A stretch of 63,390 nucleotides of DNA, filler included, from Sphacelaria rigidula (Eukaryota): NCBI GenBank assembly GCA_964200075.2. It is 9 parts of 9 records of this genome, joined end to end, with 100 filler letters (N's around TTAATTAATTAA, not from the genome) between each part and the next. Parts side by side here need not be neighbours in the genome. Positions count along the whole stretch, not along the records: positions 42,329 to 49,282 come from CAXNAA020017226.1; positions 49,383 to 56,336 come from CAXNAA020017227.1; positions 56,437 to 63,390 come from CAXNAA020017228.1; 6 more parts are not named here. The stretch is one strand, 5' to 3'. Below are positions 49,073 to 61,349 of this stretch, in pieces (the first letter of the stretch is position 1; each line of letters opens with the position of its first letter). Under the pieces are notes generated by a model. That model was not told where the DNA came from. It searched no databases and was given only the letters and a program-made list of their open reading frames with translations. Position numbers and translations under genes: made by a program.

Positions 49073-49653
49073 AAGGTTGCACGCTGTACAATGTACAATG
49101 GACCCCATAGCACAACTATTGTGAGTTATGCTACAATAGGGGTACCCAAATCTTTTCTGATGTTGGGATTGTTGGGGCCCTTTATCTCATCCAAAACACG
49201 ACTTATGAAAATATGCGAGAGTACGCCAGGAGTACTATTCCAATGTGCTGGGGATATCCCGAATAAATCTGCAAACGGGGATNNNNNNNNNNNNNNNNNN
49301 NNNNNNNNNNNNNNNNNNNNNNNNNNTTAATTAATTAANNNNNNNNNNNNNNNNNNNNNNNNNNNNNNNNNNNNNNNNNNNNGCATGGTGTGAGAAAAGA
49401 TTCCAGATCGCCCCGGGAATCGAACCCCCCTGCTCAACCATCAGAAGGTCACGAGGTTACCAACTAAGCCACCAGGGCGACCGGTAGCGTGTAGAACTTT
49501 GTTTTATTTTGCAATATTTTTAAACAACTTTTTTTTGTCTTTGCCGTAGTTGTGTATTTTGTGCCCGTTCACCATGATGACAAAGAAAAAAAAACTCCTC
49601 TGAAATTGTTGCAAAATAAAAATTTAAAACGCTGCCATAAGAGTTGGCCTAAA

Positions 49654-50120
49654 GGCTACTTCCTATGTATAAGAAAATATAAGTTGTTGAACAGTGCATT
49701 TTTTACCCTTGTCCATCGTTTTTCCCCCGAAAAGAGGGCGAGGCGGCTATTGACACCTTGGAATAACTTGCTCTACTCGCTGAGACGGTTCCAGAGCACA
49801 CATGCGTTTCCCGTAGGTCACAGTTTCGTTTTTGGCCAAACTTGCATTTTGAAACAAATTTCAAATTACTGAAAAAATGTCAGTTTTCCCCCTGTTTTTA
49901 GATAACTTGACGGTGTCTTATTGAGAATGGAAGGTTGGCCAAAAACGAAACTGTGACCTACGGGAAACGCATGTGTGCTCTGGAACCGTCTCAGCGAGTA
50001 GAGCAAGTCATTCCAAGGTGTCAATAGCCGCCTCGCCCTCCTTTCGGGGGAAAAACGACGGAGAAGGGTAAAAAATGCACTGTTCAACAACTTATATTTT
50101 TTTGTACATAAGAAGTAGCC
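49654..50120. mobile_element. Foldback MITE (Harbinger-like GGC..GCC termini)
   Basis: About 190-bp highly similar inverted arms (49654-49840 vs 49935-50120), with TAA on the right flank. Confidence 0.88.
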
Positions 50121-50725
50121 TAAGGAGGCAAAATCTACATGGAATTCAAGCTGAAAAAAGCCTAGCACACTGAGCAGGTGAGAACTCCAAGGCTTCGGAT
50201 CGTGTTCGACGATGTCGTCCATATGGGGCGCCTCATGCAGTCTGAAATTAGCCACCATGCGCGGTTTAGCCATTTTTCTCGTAAGAGTTTTGGGGTTGAT
50301 TTGAGGACGGCGAAGGGGGATTATTGCGGCATCACTCGTAGATGGATGCCACTTGAGCGTGCGCAATCACCGCACGTCGTCGAAAGTTCTACAGTATGCA
50401 TACTTTAAAGCAGCAGTTCAAACCAAAGGATCAGCCTGCGATTATTCTGATCCCCCGGCCGCCGCCCCCGGTCAAGCCTGGTCCGGCGAAAACTCGGTGT
50501 GCTCCGCCCAACTTTGTAGGGATGCGGACTCTGTGGTCTTATGACCATTGCATGCAACATCATGAGTACGTTCTCCCCCTCGTCCAGGAAAAACGAAGCC
50601 CGGTCAAACGACATACAGCTAGAGGCCCGGGCACTGAGCGGTTCATTGGTGACTGAGATGGCTGCTACAACACGGGCGCTGTGCATACCGCACTGTGCAT
50701 GTCAAATATAAAAACACATTTAAAG

Positions 50726-51561
50726 AATGTTTTCGTGATGTTGAGAGTAGCAGATTGGATTGAGAGTCAACAATTTATTCGGAAAGCGGTAACATGCACA
50801 TTTCGAGTTGTTGCACGACACGTTGATGTGTAGCATAAAAGGAGGTCAGTTAACCGTCGTTGGGCTACGTTTTAGAATGGTTGACACAATTTCACAAGTG
50901 TCGCTACCCCTAAAACCCTAACCCCAACCCAACGGATACCGAGAACCCTCGGGCAAGGGCGGAACATACATTCCCTAGGCAAAGTGCGGCCTTGGCAGAC
51001 CCCGAATCGGCGCTTGTGGCGCCGATTTCGTTCACACTCAAATCAAGTTATATCAACCAGTCTGAAACGTTGCCCAACGCCGATAAACTTTAGTGCAGCA
51101 AACGATGGTTAACTAGCCTCCGGTGCAGTTTACCAACGTTGGGCTACGTTTCAGACTGGTTGATATCACTTGATTTGAGTGTGAACGACGAGAATCGGAA
51201 TTCTAGTGGGGCTGTCAGTCCCGTGTGCCTCTCGCTTGCACACAACGCGTTTTCGTTGAAATCGGAGCCACAGGCACCGATTTGAGGTCTACCAAGGCCG
51301 CACTTTGCCTAGGGAATGTATGTTTCGCCCTTGCCCGAGGGTTCTCGGTATGCGCTAGGTTGGGGTTAGGGTTTTAGGGGTAGCGATGCTTGTGAAATTG
51401 TGTCAACCATTCTAAAACGTAGCCTAACGACGGTCAAGTCGCCTCTTATTATGCTACACGTCAACGTGTCGTGCATCAATGCGAAAGGTGCATGTAATCG
51501 TATTTCGAATAAATTGTTGAGTCTCAATCCAATCTGCTACTCTCAATCTCACGAAAACATT
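50726..51561. mobile_element. ~835-bp foldback element, almost entirely palindromic, with a telomere-like module
   Basis: Outer arms ~50726-51030 vs ~51255-51561; inner arms ~51030-51090 vs ~51127-51188. Confidence 0.88.
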
Positions 51562-52315
51562 ATTATTCTTACAAGCATTCGGATATGTACAGTACGTCGG
51601 GTTGTAAACTTGTATGCACGAGTGTTGGTTCAGTGGCAGGAAGCTCGGTTTAGAGAAGTGCGTAACGTGGAGAACGGTCCAAAAACACGATGACGAGTAT
51701 GCTCCGGCTTAAACGGAGCGATTCCGTGGCCACGTTGCGAAGGTGTGTGTTCACGATGGATTGGGGATCGAGTCGGAGTAACATTGGTGACAGTCGTTTG
51801 GTGTGCACGTTGTAGGTAAATGATTGGATGCGGACGCCCCAATCGAACCAGCCTGCTTCGTTCCCGAACAAAACAACCATGTGTTGTTGTGTCCTTTCTC
51901 TTCAACTCTAGATTAGATCAGCGAGTGTTTCCGTTTATTTAGCTTGGGTGCACTTCTGTCGCGACCATGACTGGACTCGTCGAGGACTATTTCAACCCTT
52001 TTGGATCCCACCCCGTGCTAGTACTACTACATGCATGGTGCGCTGATTGATATTGCCTGTATTATTTTTTGGTGGTGCTACACCAGTCACATCAACTGAC
52101 GATGGAACTATCAAGTGGCCAGTGAACAAAAACGAGCAAATGTTGTTTGTACTTCATACACGAAAAGCGCGGGCAGGGGAGAACATGTCGACAGTGATCA
52201 AGTCATTCGACAAAGAAAGGCAAGCGTTACACAGGTGTACGAGCTGGGTCAGCTGATCGTGTTTATTGTCGTATTGTCGGTAATCGGACGAAGTGGTTCT
52301 TAATTTTAGGAGTTA

Positions 52316-52492
52316 GGCCAACTCTTATGGGAGCGTTTAGAATTTTTTTTTGCAATAATTTTGAACGAATTATTTCTTCTTCTTTGCCGTTGTTGTGTAT
52401 TTCGTGCCCGTTCACCATGATGACAAGGAAAAGAAAAACTCCTCTGAAATTGTTGCAAAATAAATTTCCAAACGCTCCCATAAGAGTTGGCC
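52316..52492. mobile_element. 177-bp Tourist-like MITE. A truncated copy lies at ~49500-49649
   Basis: TTA|GGCCAACTCTTATGGGAGCGTTT...AAACGCTCCCATAAGAGTTGGCC|TTG. Confidence 0.88.
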
Positions 52493-53195
52493 TTGAACGC
52501 TGAAACTCTGACGCGTTTTTATTATCAACACGCGCAACATCTCCGGGGATGCCAAAAAAAAAGAAGTTAGAGTGATTCGAAATTTCAGCAGAAACTGAAA
52601 AATGTCATAACTCCGTGAAAGGAAGGCGACATTCCCCACCATGAATTTTGTGCGTGCGCAAATTTTGGCGTGCGCGCAGAAGGCCCTGGTGAAATTTCGA
52701 CGAAAAGCTCCTGAAAAGTGGAACTTTCTGTGTGACACCGCTGCGCCCCTGTAATCCAAGTGATATGCGAAATTTCAGTTTTGGAGGTTACGAGTTTCAA
52801 TCCCGACAGTGTATATCCTTTTTTTTCGCAGAATCTGGTTCCGTCGTCGAGGTCATGAATTGTGCCCTACTTTTTTTTTTTTTAAGCGGCGTGCATGACC
52901 AAGTTGGTCTGCAGTTCACAGCGATATGCTTTAATCGGGCTGTTTCGGAAACCTGAAGAAGATGTTGTGCGCTGAGAGGTTATACGTTTCACGACTGGCC
53001 CAGCTCGTGGGGTTGAGGCGATCTGAGTCCTTCCAGGGCCCGATATACTCTATAACAGTATGGTCAGGAAGATCGTTAGGGGTTTGGAGGATGATTCATC
53101 TTGATCTAAGAGTAGGATGATATACTCCAGACACCCCGCCTCTGCAGACCCCTCTCCCAACACACACAAGTGAACGGCAATCCCACCCGTACATC

Positions 53196-53380
53196 TTTTT
53201 GTGTTGTTTGTTTGTTTGTTTGTTTGTTTTTGTCATTATTTTGTTGTTAATGCTGTTGTTTGTTGTTGCTGTTGTTGTTGTTATCGCTGCACCCTTTCTT
53301 CTTTCCTTTCTGAGGCCGTTGCCTATGTCTTCTTCTGTTCCTCTCTTTCTTTCTTTTATTATTATTATTATTATTATTTT
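53196..53380. repeat. Compound microsatellite (TTTG)n, (GTT)n, (ATT)n; possibly the tails of non-LTR elements
   Basis: Seen directly. Other simple repeats: (TA)n at 6352-6372, 12181-12212 and 58626-58642, and (TG)n at 54939-54978. Confidence 0.85.
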
Positions 53381-54933
53381 GCTGCTCCTGACCACGGGCT
53401 GGATTATTGCAATCAGCTAATGTGAGAGGATCGATCAATCAATATACAAAGACCAACAACACGCCGCTGGGAGACGGGGAACCGCCGATACTCGACGCCT
53501 GCAGTACGCAACAATGGTAGAATCTTCCAATCCGCTGTCTGTCGTCAAGCCCGCGGCTGGGATCAGCTTGACGGGGGGGTGCAAGCCGCCAGCAAAGAGT
53601 ACGGCACCCGAACTGGTGCGAACATACTTCCTCTGTGCCATAAGTAGATGTCCTTATGATTGCGCGGACCCTTAACGGTGTAATATTTGATTTTCGATGT
53701 TTTCATTGCATTCGTCGGCGATTTTTTAGCTGAAACCAACATTCTTTCTACAACGTGGGTGCTTTACCAATGCAGCCGCGCGGCCGAGAAAAAGTACGTC
53801 TGTCCAAAAACGCCCATTTTTCGCTCGTTGTCCCAGGAAAGCATGAGAAACACGGGAGCACGAACAATCGCGAAAAATGGGCCAGAAAATGTGACAACTG
53901 CGAAACCACCGTTCATTTCGGACATGTCCGTGATGTTAACCTACGCACGCCCCATCCAACATTTTGTTAGCATGCAATTGCTAGTGCTCGACGTGAAAAC
54001 GTCCAAAACCGGTCAATGATGGGGTATAAATGGATCAACAAGGGTCAAAATGGGGTACATTTCGACATAATTTTAGCGATAAAAACAAGTTTTTTTTTTC
54101 CGTTTTTGTTTCCTTCATCAGCTTCGTCTGCGCTTCACCTCTATGACGAACCCAACCATAGGATGATCGTCAACGTTGAAATACCCAAACGATTAAACGC
54201 CCATAAGGACCTTTACTTATGGCACAGGGGAAGTATTCTACTGAGTGTTTCTGTACTCCCGTACTCTTGGCTTGCACGACCGCGTTGTCAACGCAAGTCG
54301 TTGCTGCCTTGACATATAGAGATGGGAGTCATGTCTGGCGGTGATAGCGTTCAATAGACACGGGCATAGGTGGGACTGTACGCTACTTTTTTTGTGGGGT
54401 GCGGTGCAGTGCTATGCTGCGCTCTCCTGCTTTACCGTACTGCTGTAGTACTGACTGTGATCGATCTGGAATACGTGGGCGGGCTTGAACTCTTTTGAGT
54501 GTACGTGTGGTTGACTTTCATCATGTGCGCCATTCTCTTCACTGACGGTCAGCCAGCAGAATGCCCTTTTGGTCGCTTGTGAGGACGAGGTCCAAGAGGG
54601 TAAATGCAAACCACTTTGATCAATGAATAGGTTGACAAACTGAAACTCTCGCTCTCCACCGAAATTCCTATGAAAGTGCGGGAGAAATAATCTCTGTTGA
54701 TGGAATAAATATGTCGGCTGGATCACTGGATTCTCGTCAGGTGTTTCCTCGTATGTGTCATGAAGAAAGGGAATGATTTGTCGACAATTGTGTGCAGCTA
54801 TTATACTCGCTTCCCCTCGTAAAACCTCGTGCTCATGTACACCATCATTTAGTCATCTTCTCGAGTTTTGTTTTTCTTCAACGCTATTGCTCCAGTGGAA
54901 ACACAAAAGTATGTGTTGTAGTCCCTCCTCCAT

Positions 54934-54965
<32 letters not shown>

Positions 54966-55045
54966 TTGTGTGTGTGTTTGCCGTGCTTTTACCTCTACCC
55001 TTTGATCGAGATGAGTCTCTACACCGAAGAGAGCAAGCCATTTCT

Positions 55046-55700
55046 TCACGACGCCCTACCTTCTCCGCTTGTTCCTGTCGAAGAATCTGAAACTTCGGGA
55101 GAGTAACGGGTTATGAAACGCGCCCAACGCACCTGAGGTTCGTCTGGTTCCGTGGCGAGGACGGGGGTTCGTCGACCCCCATCCCCGGGAGATGTGTCCA
55201 TGACGTGATTCGCAGCAAGCAGTCCCGTCACGTAGGCCCTCTCCTGTTCCAAGTGTGGCGCGAAGACGAAGCCGTTGATCATTGTTCTTCATTGCGTATA
55301 TTCTGACTCTCGAGGTTTTCTCAAAGTGACACGTCCGAGTCTTTTTCTAAACACGTCGGAATCTTTTTCTCTGAGAAGTGGGGAATACGGATACACGAAA
55401 AATAGTTGAAAGAAGCCCAGCATGTAACCTAGCGTAACCTCAGCGCGTGACAGATTTTCGGGGCCAAAAACGTCACAACCCGGGGTGTTATTTAGGGGGT
55501 GATATGCCACATATGCGATCAGCCCCGCGTCATTCATTCTCGGGATTAAAAAAAAGCATTATCCGGAAGTATGATTTCGGGTTTGTATACAACATGCCTC
55601 GGTATGCCGAAACCTCATCACCCGAGGGGGGTTTTTCGGCTGCGCTTCGCCGAAGGCATGAAGAGCTCAGGGACTCACTTCACTCGATCAGCTTCTTTTT
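55046..55700 (-). pseudogene. Decayed coding sequence of unknown family
   Basis: ORFs 55289-55537 and 55046-55282 are in frame across one stop, and the frame extends upstream (…SAYRGMLYTNPKSYFRIMLFLIPRMND…). No recognised motif. Confidence 0.35.
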
Positions 55701-56732
55701 TTTTTAACACGAAATATATTCAAAGAACATTCTTAAAAAAAAGTCGGTCTGGTTCCAACAGTCGCGGCTCTTCTCTTCCTACATCGAGGAACCGGCTGAG
55801 TATCGGCTGAGTATCGGCGTACCTTCTCTACTCTTAGGCACCTCATTTTAACCTGGTGTCGTATTCCACATGTCGGTCGATGGCCAGCCAGATAGCTTCT
55901 CTTCGATTTTTTTTCCTGCCACGGGCAAACCTCCCCCGCGCCCGACATCTTTTCCTCGCGACGAAGGTGTCATTCCGAGCGATATATTCATCTCTCCCCC
56001 AGTACTCGCCTGACACTGTGCTACTGAGTATTGGGCCAGCACAGTGCTTCAGCCCATCCGTCGACTTCTGTGGAAAGTTCCATTTTTCCCTACGGAATGG
56101 ATGAACACAGTTGTACCCAAGCGAATCTATGTTTTTGGACGAGCGGGGCTGACCTTCATGTCCAGGTATACTTCACGGCTTCGGCCGGTCGCTAGGGGAC
56201 GTCTCAAATAGTCATTCTACATTTCAACAACACCTGAACATACACTCAAGAGTGATCCTGCGATAGCAGGGGGGGGGGGATGTACTCATGATCATGCATG
56301 CCATAGTCATAAGACCATAGACCTCGCAGCACGGGGNNNNNNNNNNNNNNNNNNNNNNNNNNNNNNNNNNNNNNNNNNNNTTAATTAATTAANNNNNNNN
56401 NNNNNNNNNNNNNNNNNNNNNNNNNNNNNNNNNNNNATCGAACCCCACTACTCAACCGTCAGAAGGTTACGAGGATACCAACTGAGCCACCGCGGCGACC
56501 CGTTATCAAATTATTTTTTGGTTCGATTCGAAAACGCACGGTGGAATCGAATTCGCTCGTACCTGATACGTCGACGGCATTCATATGCTCAACCATCTAA
56601 GATAATAAATAGCGTAGACGAATCAGAAACGGGCGAATTTGATTTGACCCCACGTTTTCGACACGAAAACAATTTAATAAGACACAGCCTGATGGTCAGA
56701 TGTACGTGTTGTGTGGTACCATCTATGCGCAC

Positions 56733-56975
56733 CTGCTGTAGCTTGGCGAGATCAAGCTGGTCGTGAATGGTGAGAGAGACGTCAGCTCCCTTGCGAGCTA
56801 CGACATCGATCTCGGCGCGCTCGATGGGTATCTCTTCCTCCGTTTGCTCCGACTCGCTCGAGGAAGACGCTGCGTTCCATGTGCCCTCCCCACTTTCCAC
56901 CACCGTATCCTCATCAGACCTTCGTTCCCATAGCACGGCAACAATATGTTGTGCGGAGTGCGGTATATCCGACAT
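56733..56975 (-). CDS. Possible coding exon of an unknown host gene
   Basis: Open acidic frame MSDIPHSAQHIVAVLWERRSDED...LDLAKLQQ ending at a CAG|GTGCGC donor. Confidence 0.45.
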
Positions 56976-59900
56976 ACTAGCGGCTCTCACTATTATTAGA
57001 CTCAAGATATATTATGACTGAAGAAGTGGAGGTCATCCTGAAAGGCAGACCCAGGGAATCGGAGGTCATCGTGCAAATCAATGCTGCCACAGATGGCAGG
57101 GCAGGCATTACATGTCACACTCCTGGTCCATGTGGTGGACGTCTACGCCAAGCACCTGCGGACAGTATATCGCAGACACTCCCGCTTTTGCGATCCCTGC
57201 CTTTCGTGACATACGTCCGAGCATCAGGTAACATCGCCCAGCAAGCGCAGTATGCACAACACTCGCAGGTACTACTGTACTGCAGAGCCATTCATATAAC
57301 TGCTGCTACATGTAAACAATCTATCTAACATACCTATGGCGTGTAAGTATCTTTACCTTCAGTATTGCAAGCAATAAACGTCAAGACTTGCTTCGGTAGA
57401 ACATGCGGTCGTGAGTCCAGCTGTGATGACGCTGAGTGCACAGACAAGTGGATTTCTAAACCGAGATCGACATCATCATAACATTCACACGACCGCAGTA
57501 CCGGATACAACCTTACCCACTGTCACTCATACTCGGTGACTCTCGTCCCTGGGCAACCAGCACACTCCAGGACACCCGCGGTCGGGATCTTCGGCGTCGT
57601 TTCCTGTTGATTTTGCTGCCCAAATCCTCCGCGATCAATCAGCCAGGCCGTTTCAGTATAGAAGAGCCTGCAGACACTGCACGTACGTGGCTGTAGCCGC
57701 GAAGTCAGAGATGAGAGCAAACCCCCACAAACATGCACGCGCCAAGTCTTTCAAAGGAAATCAAAGGAGCGACAGCCATCTCCAAAGCCCAGCCGCTTTC
57801 GCCAACGCCGCGTTTGGCCAAGCTTCGCGGAGCCAACCAACCGACAATATTGTCGCCGCAACTTGCTATACAGATGTTCCTTGTCGGAAAAAAAAAACCC
57901 GCATGACCACGTACAGGTTTGTACAAGTGTACAGCAGTGTCAGTGTTCTCACTGTTTGTTCCCTACCGATATGAGAACTGTAACCCTTTCGGTTCGTTGG
58001 TGATGTCTCTATAAACAAGTTCACTGCGCTGTGCGTCCAGTCCTTCTTGCTTCTCTTCGCTTACCCCCGCGCGCTGCCGTTCTCCAAGGACACGCTCCGC
58101 AGTACGCAACACACAGTAAGTAGTACCGTACCGTGGGAGGGATACACACAAACAGTGGAGGGAGCCCGTCGATTGAAAAAACTTCAAACTTCGGAAAACG
58201 TGTTCTTGAACACCTGTATACAGAAATCAGCGGTTTGGAAGAGTTCTGCTCACCACATAATAACATGCGGAGTATTTAAACCCTTCGAGCGCCCGCAGGT
58301 TGACATCTCAGCTGATTATCATTTTTGAAGCAGCGGTAATTTTGATTCAATCAAAGAGCACCCCTCCACGAACAAAGGGCTGTCCCCCCGCGTGTCCGCG
58401 AATGAACAACTGACATCGTTCTACAAGTAAAAATGATGCCGTTTCAACACAAGGACACCCTAGGTATTCACCAAGGGTTGATTTCGCCCCAAATTCAAAA
58501 CATTTGATAACAACCAGTACAACGTATCGCATTCAGTCCGTACAGTCAGGTCACCTTGCACGCTGCCCTCTTTCAGCTTTCAGAGTGCTGAGATTAAATA
58601 CCTCTGATCGATTGGTATTGAAGAGATATATATATATATATATTACATACAGCCATAGCTCCCGAAGTAAAGGGCCCGTATACGTAGCACCAGGCCAGGT
58701 GAGGTGCGAGGTACTGCACTGTGCGATATAGCCAACGGATCGTAGGTTTCCGGAGGAAATCCGGCTTTTCCTTCATCATGGTTTTCCTTCTTTCGATATT
58801 TTATCACTATATTTCTGTAACCACCGTGTACCTGTCTTTGCGCGTAGACAACTAACTATAGATGAATGATTTCACCTATTTAACCGCTGCACCGCTCGGT
58901 CGGGGGTCGAGCGGACCATCTCCCAAAATCTAATATTCCGCCGATTTGCTGGACTATGCCGACTTCGGGGGCAATTAGCCAATGGTACTACTCGATGCGT
59001 CCGGCCGGAAAGTGTTCTTTTTTTTTTTACAAAAGAGAACACCAGTTTTTCAGTTTTTACATTTTTACACCCTCTGCTTCCGCACACACCCAAGGATCGA
59101 CCGACCCCCCCGCTGGCGGTCTAGACCATATAAGTAGCACCAGTAGACAGCCAACCGCAGAGTGGCTCTTGCGTTGCCCTTTCACCAAGTGGGATCTCCA
59201 AGTGGTGAGTCAACTACAGCGACGCATCTGCGTATTGTTTTTGTATGTTGATCGTGGCTTTGTACGGAGATGAAACTGGAAAGCCAACGCTACCTGTGCG
59301 TGTACATGTCTTCCATAGTCTTCTCACTCAAACCTCTATTGCTCAATACTGTTTCATGGGTTACTGTAAGCTGTCCTGTATAAAATATGGGCCGTGTAAT
59401 GTCGGGAAATGCTGCTCGAGTGTGAGCATATGAGCATCCATGTATCCACCCCATGCACGCGCGCTCAGCTAGGTAATGGTGGACCTCAAGAAAACATCTC
59501 CATCTCGCGTTCCTCGAGTGGTCTCAACTTTCAAGTTGACTTGATAATAGACTAGATAATTTTCGTTTTCAAGCGGTCAGGAACCCCTTCAACGAAAGGC
59601 GAACTGATCGATATGTAGTATTCACCACGTATCACGTGTTGGTGCAGATTTCCCAGCGATTGGAAATCGTCCTTCACGGTCACTCTTTCGTATGGCGAGC
59701 TCTGGTCGTATCGTGTGTTCCAACCCAAGGTAAACACGTCGTTCGGGTACTTTTCCGCCGAACCGATCGTTGTCCAACACTAAACGAACGCCCGAAAGTT
59801 AAAGCTCAAGGCTGTGGTCTGCTACAACAGTACGTACAAAGTAGGTGCGCATTGTGCGAGAAATTATTCGGCTACAAAACAACATGATGTGAGACCAAAC

Positions 59901-61349
59901 CGAACAGGCAAAAGAGCAGAATATTTTTTATCGATGATGATCGCGACTCGTTTGTTGTCTTCCCACCGTGTGCCTATAATCCATGTTGTGTCTCTCTTTG
60001 CGGCTAACTTCTTGATGTCCTATACTTGGCGCCCCTCTAGGATGGGAGACCTCAGACGGTGAAAACTGCTGTGGTGCATGAACATGCGTCTATCAATTTT
60101 TTCTACCCAATGTCGAACTCCCCCAGTAGTCCCACAAAACTCGCATGGCACATTTTTTCACCGCACTTCGTCGGGTCTCCGCACCGGAAGGTTTTCTTTA
60201 AATCATATGATTTAGAGAAAAACGGCTTGATGTGTTTGAAGCGAATCGCCATTGTCGCACATTTCTCATGCATTATACACTTCTAAAAACAGTAGCTCAT
60301 AGCCCAATCGTACCCCGACACCCTGCCTCCCCACCCCTTGCGTTTTCCCTTCGGGACACGGTCACAGCACTTCGCTCTCGACAAATCGTAATCTTCCTTG
60401 TTTTCACACAGGATGTCAGGAACTTTGGTGGACTCTCAAGTTCATATCACGAGCATCGGAAACCCAGTTGGGCCAGAATCGTTGGGAGTACAAGCACCAG
60501 GAAGTGCGCAAGGTGTTGACGTTCGGGAAAGCAGAAACGAGGTGCGTGTATGATGTACAGGTATGCCGTATACGCGTGCGATTTGTGTGCGAGGGATCGA
60601 TGGTATCGAAATGTGTTCGGTGCTTAGCTCGCGGCGGTTGTCGAGGGTGAGCTGTACTGACTGCAGGACTATACTCTCTGCAGTTCCCGTAGAGTAATCT
60701 AACTTTGGAATATTTTCAGGAGAGCGGAGAGTCAAGCGAGACGACATTGGCGTGACTCGTGGTGCCATCAGATTGGAATACGTTCCGAATTTTGAACCAG
60801 GAAGGGGCCCGGGAGGCACGGGTGCGCACCGCACCGCACCCCAGCATGCGCGGTCACGGCGGAAGGCAGCAACGCGCATCCTTAGGCAGCCGCGGCATGG
60901 ATGTGTTATCTAGGCTATGATTTCGGACCAGCACCGCACTTGTCCGCAGGCCTTCTTGGACCAAAATATGTCCTCTCACTTCGCGACACGCAGTAACAGT
61001 TTTTTGTGCCTCCCGTGATCAGAAGGGAGGCAAAATCAGGCCCAGCTGCAACTGTGTAATGTGCCAGAGGAGATGGAAAATAGATTTGGTTCTTCCAAGA
61101 ACAGGTTCAAAATTTGAGTACAGCTGTTATAATGTTCAACCACTCGAATCTGTTCGTTCTACACGGTTGCCATGTAACTACTGGGTGCTTTATCAACACT
61201 GCCGCCCCGCTCTTCCTTCCCCTCCTGCCCCCTCCCCTTCTCCCCTTTCTTTCTCCATCGCCCGTTACGCACGCAATTTTCTCCCGGAAATACTGCGACA
61301 GGCCGTTTCGGTCGCACTCGGCAAAAACACAGTCCCTGCCCCGAACGGC

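Noticed and set aside
6956..56436. Regularly spaced TTAATTAATTAA motif
   Set aside because: It is a synthetic six-frame-stop linker embedded in Ns, not biological sequence.
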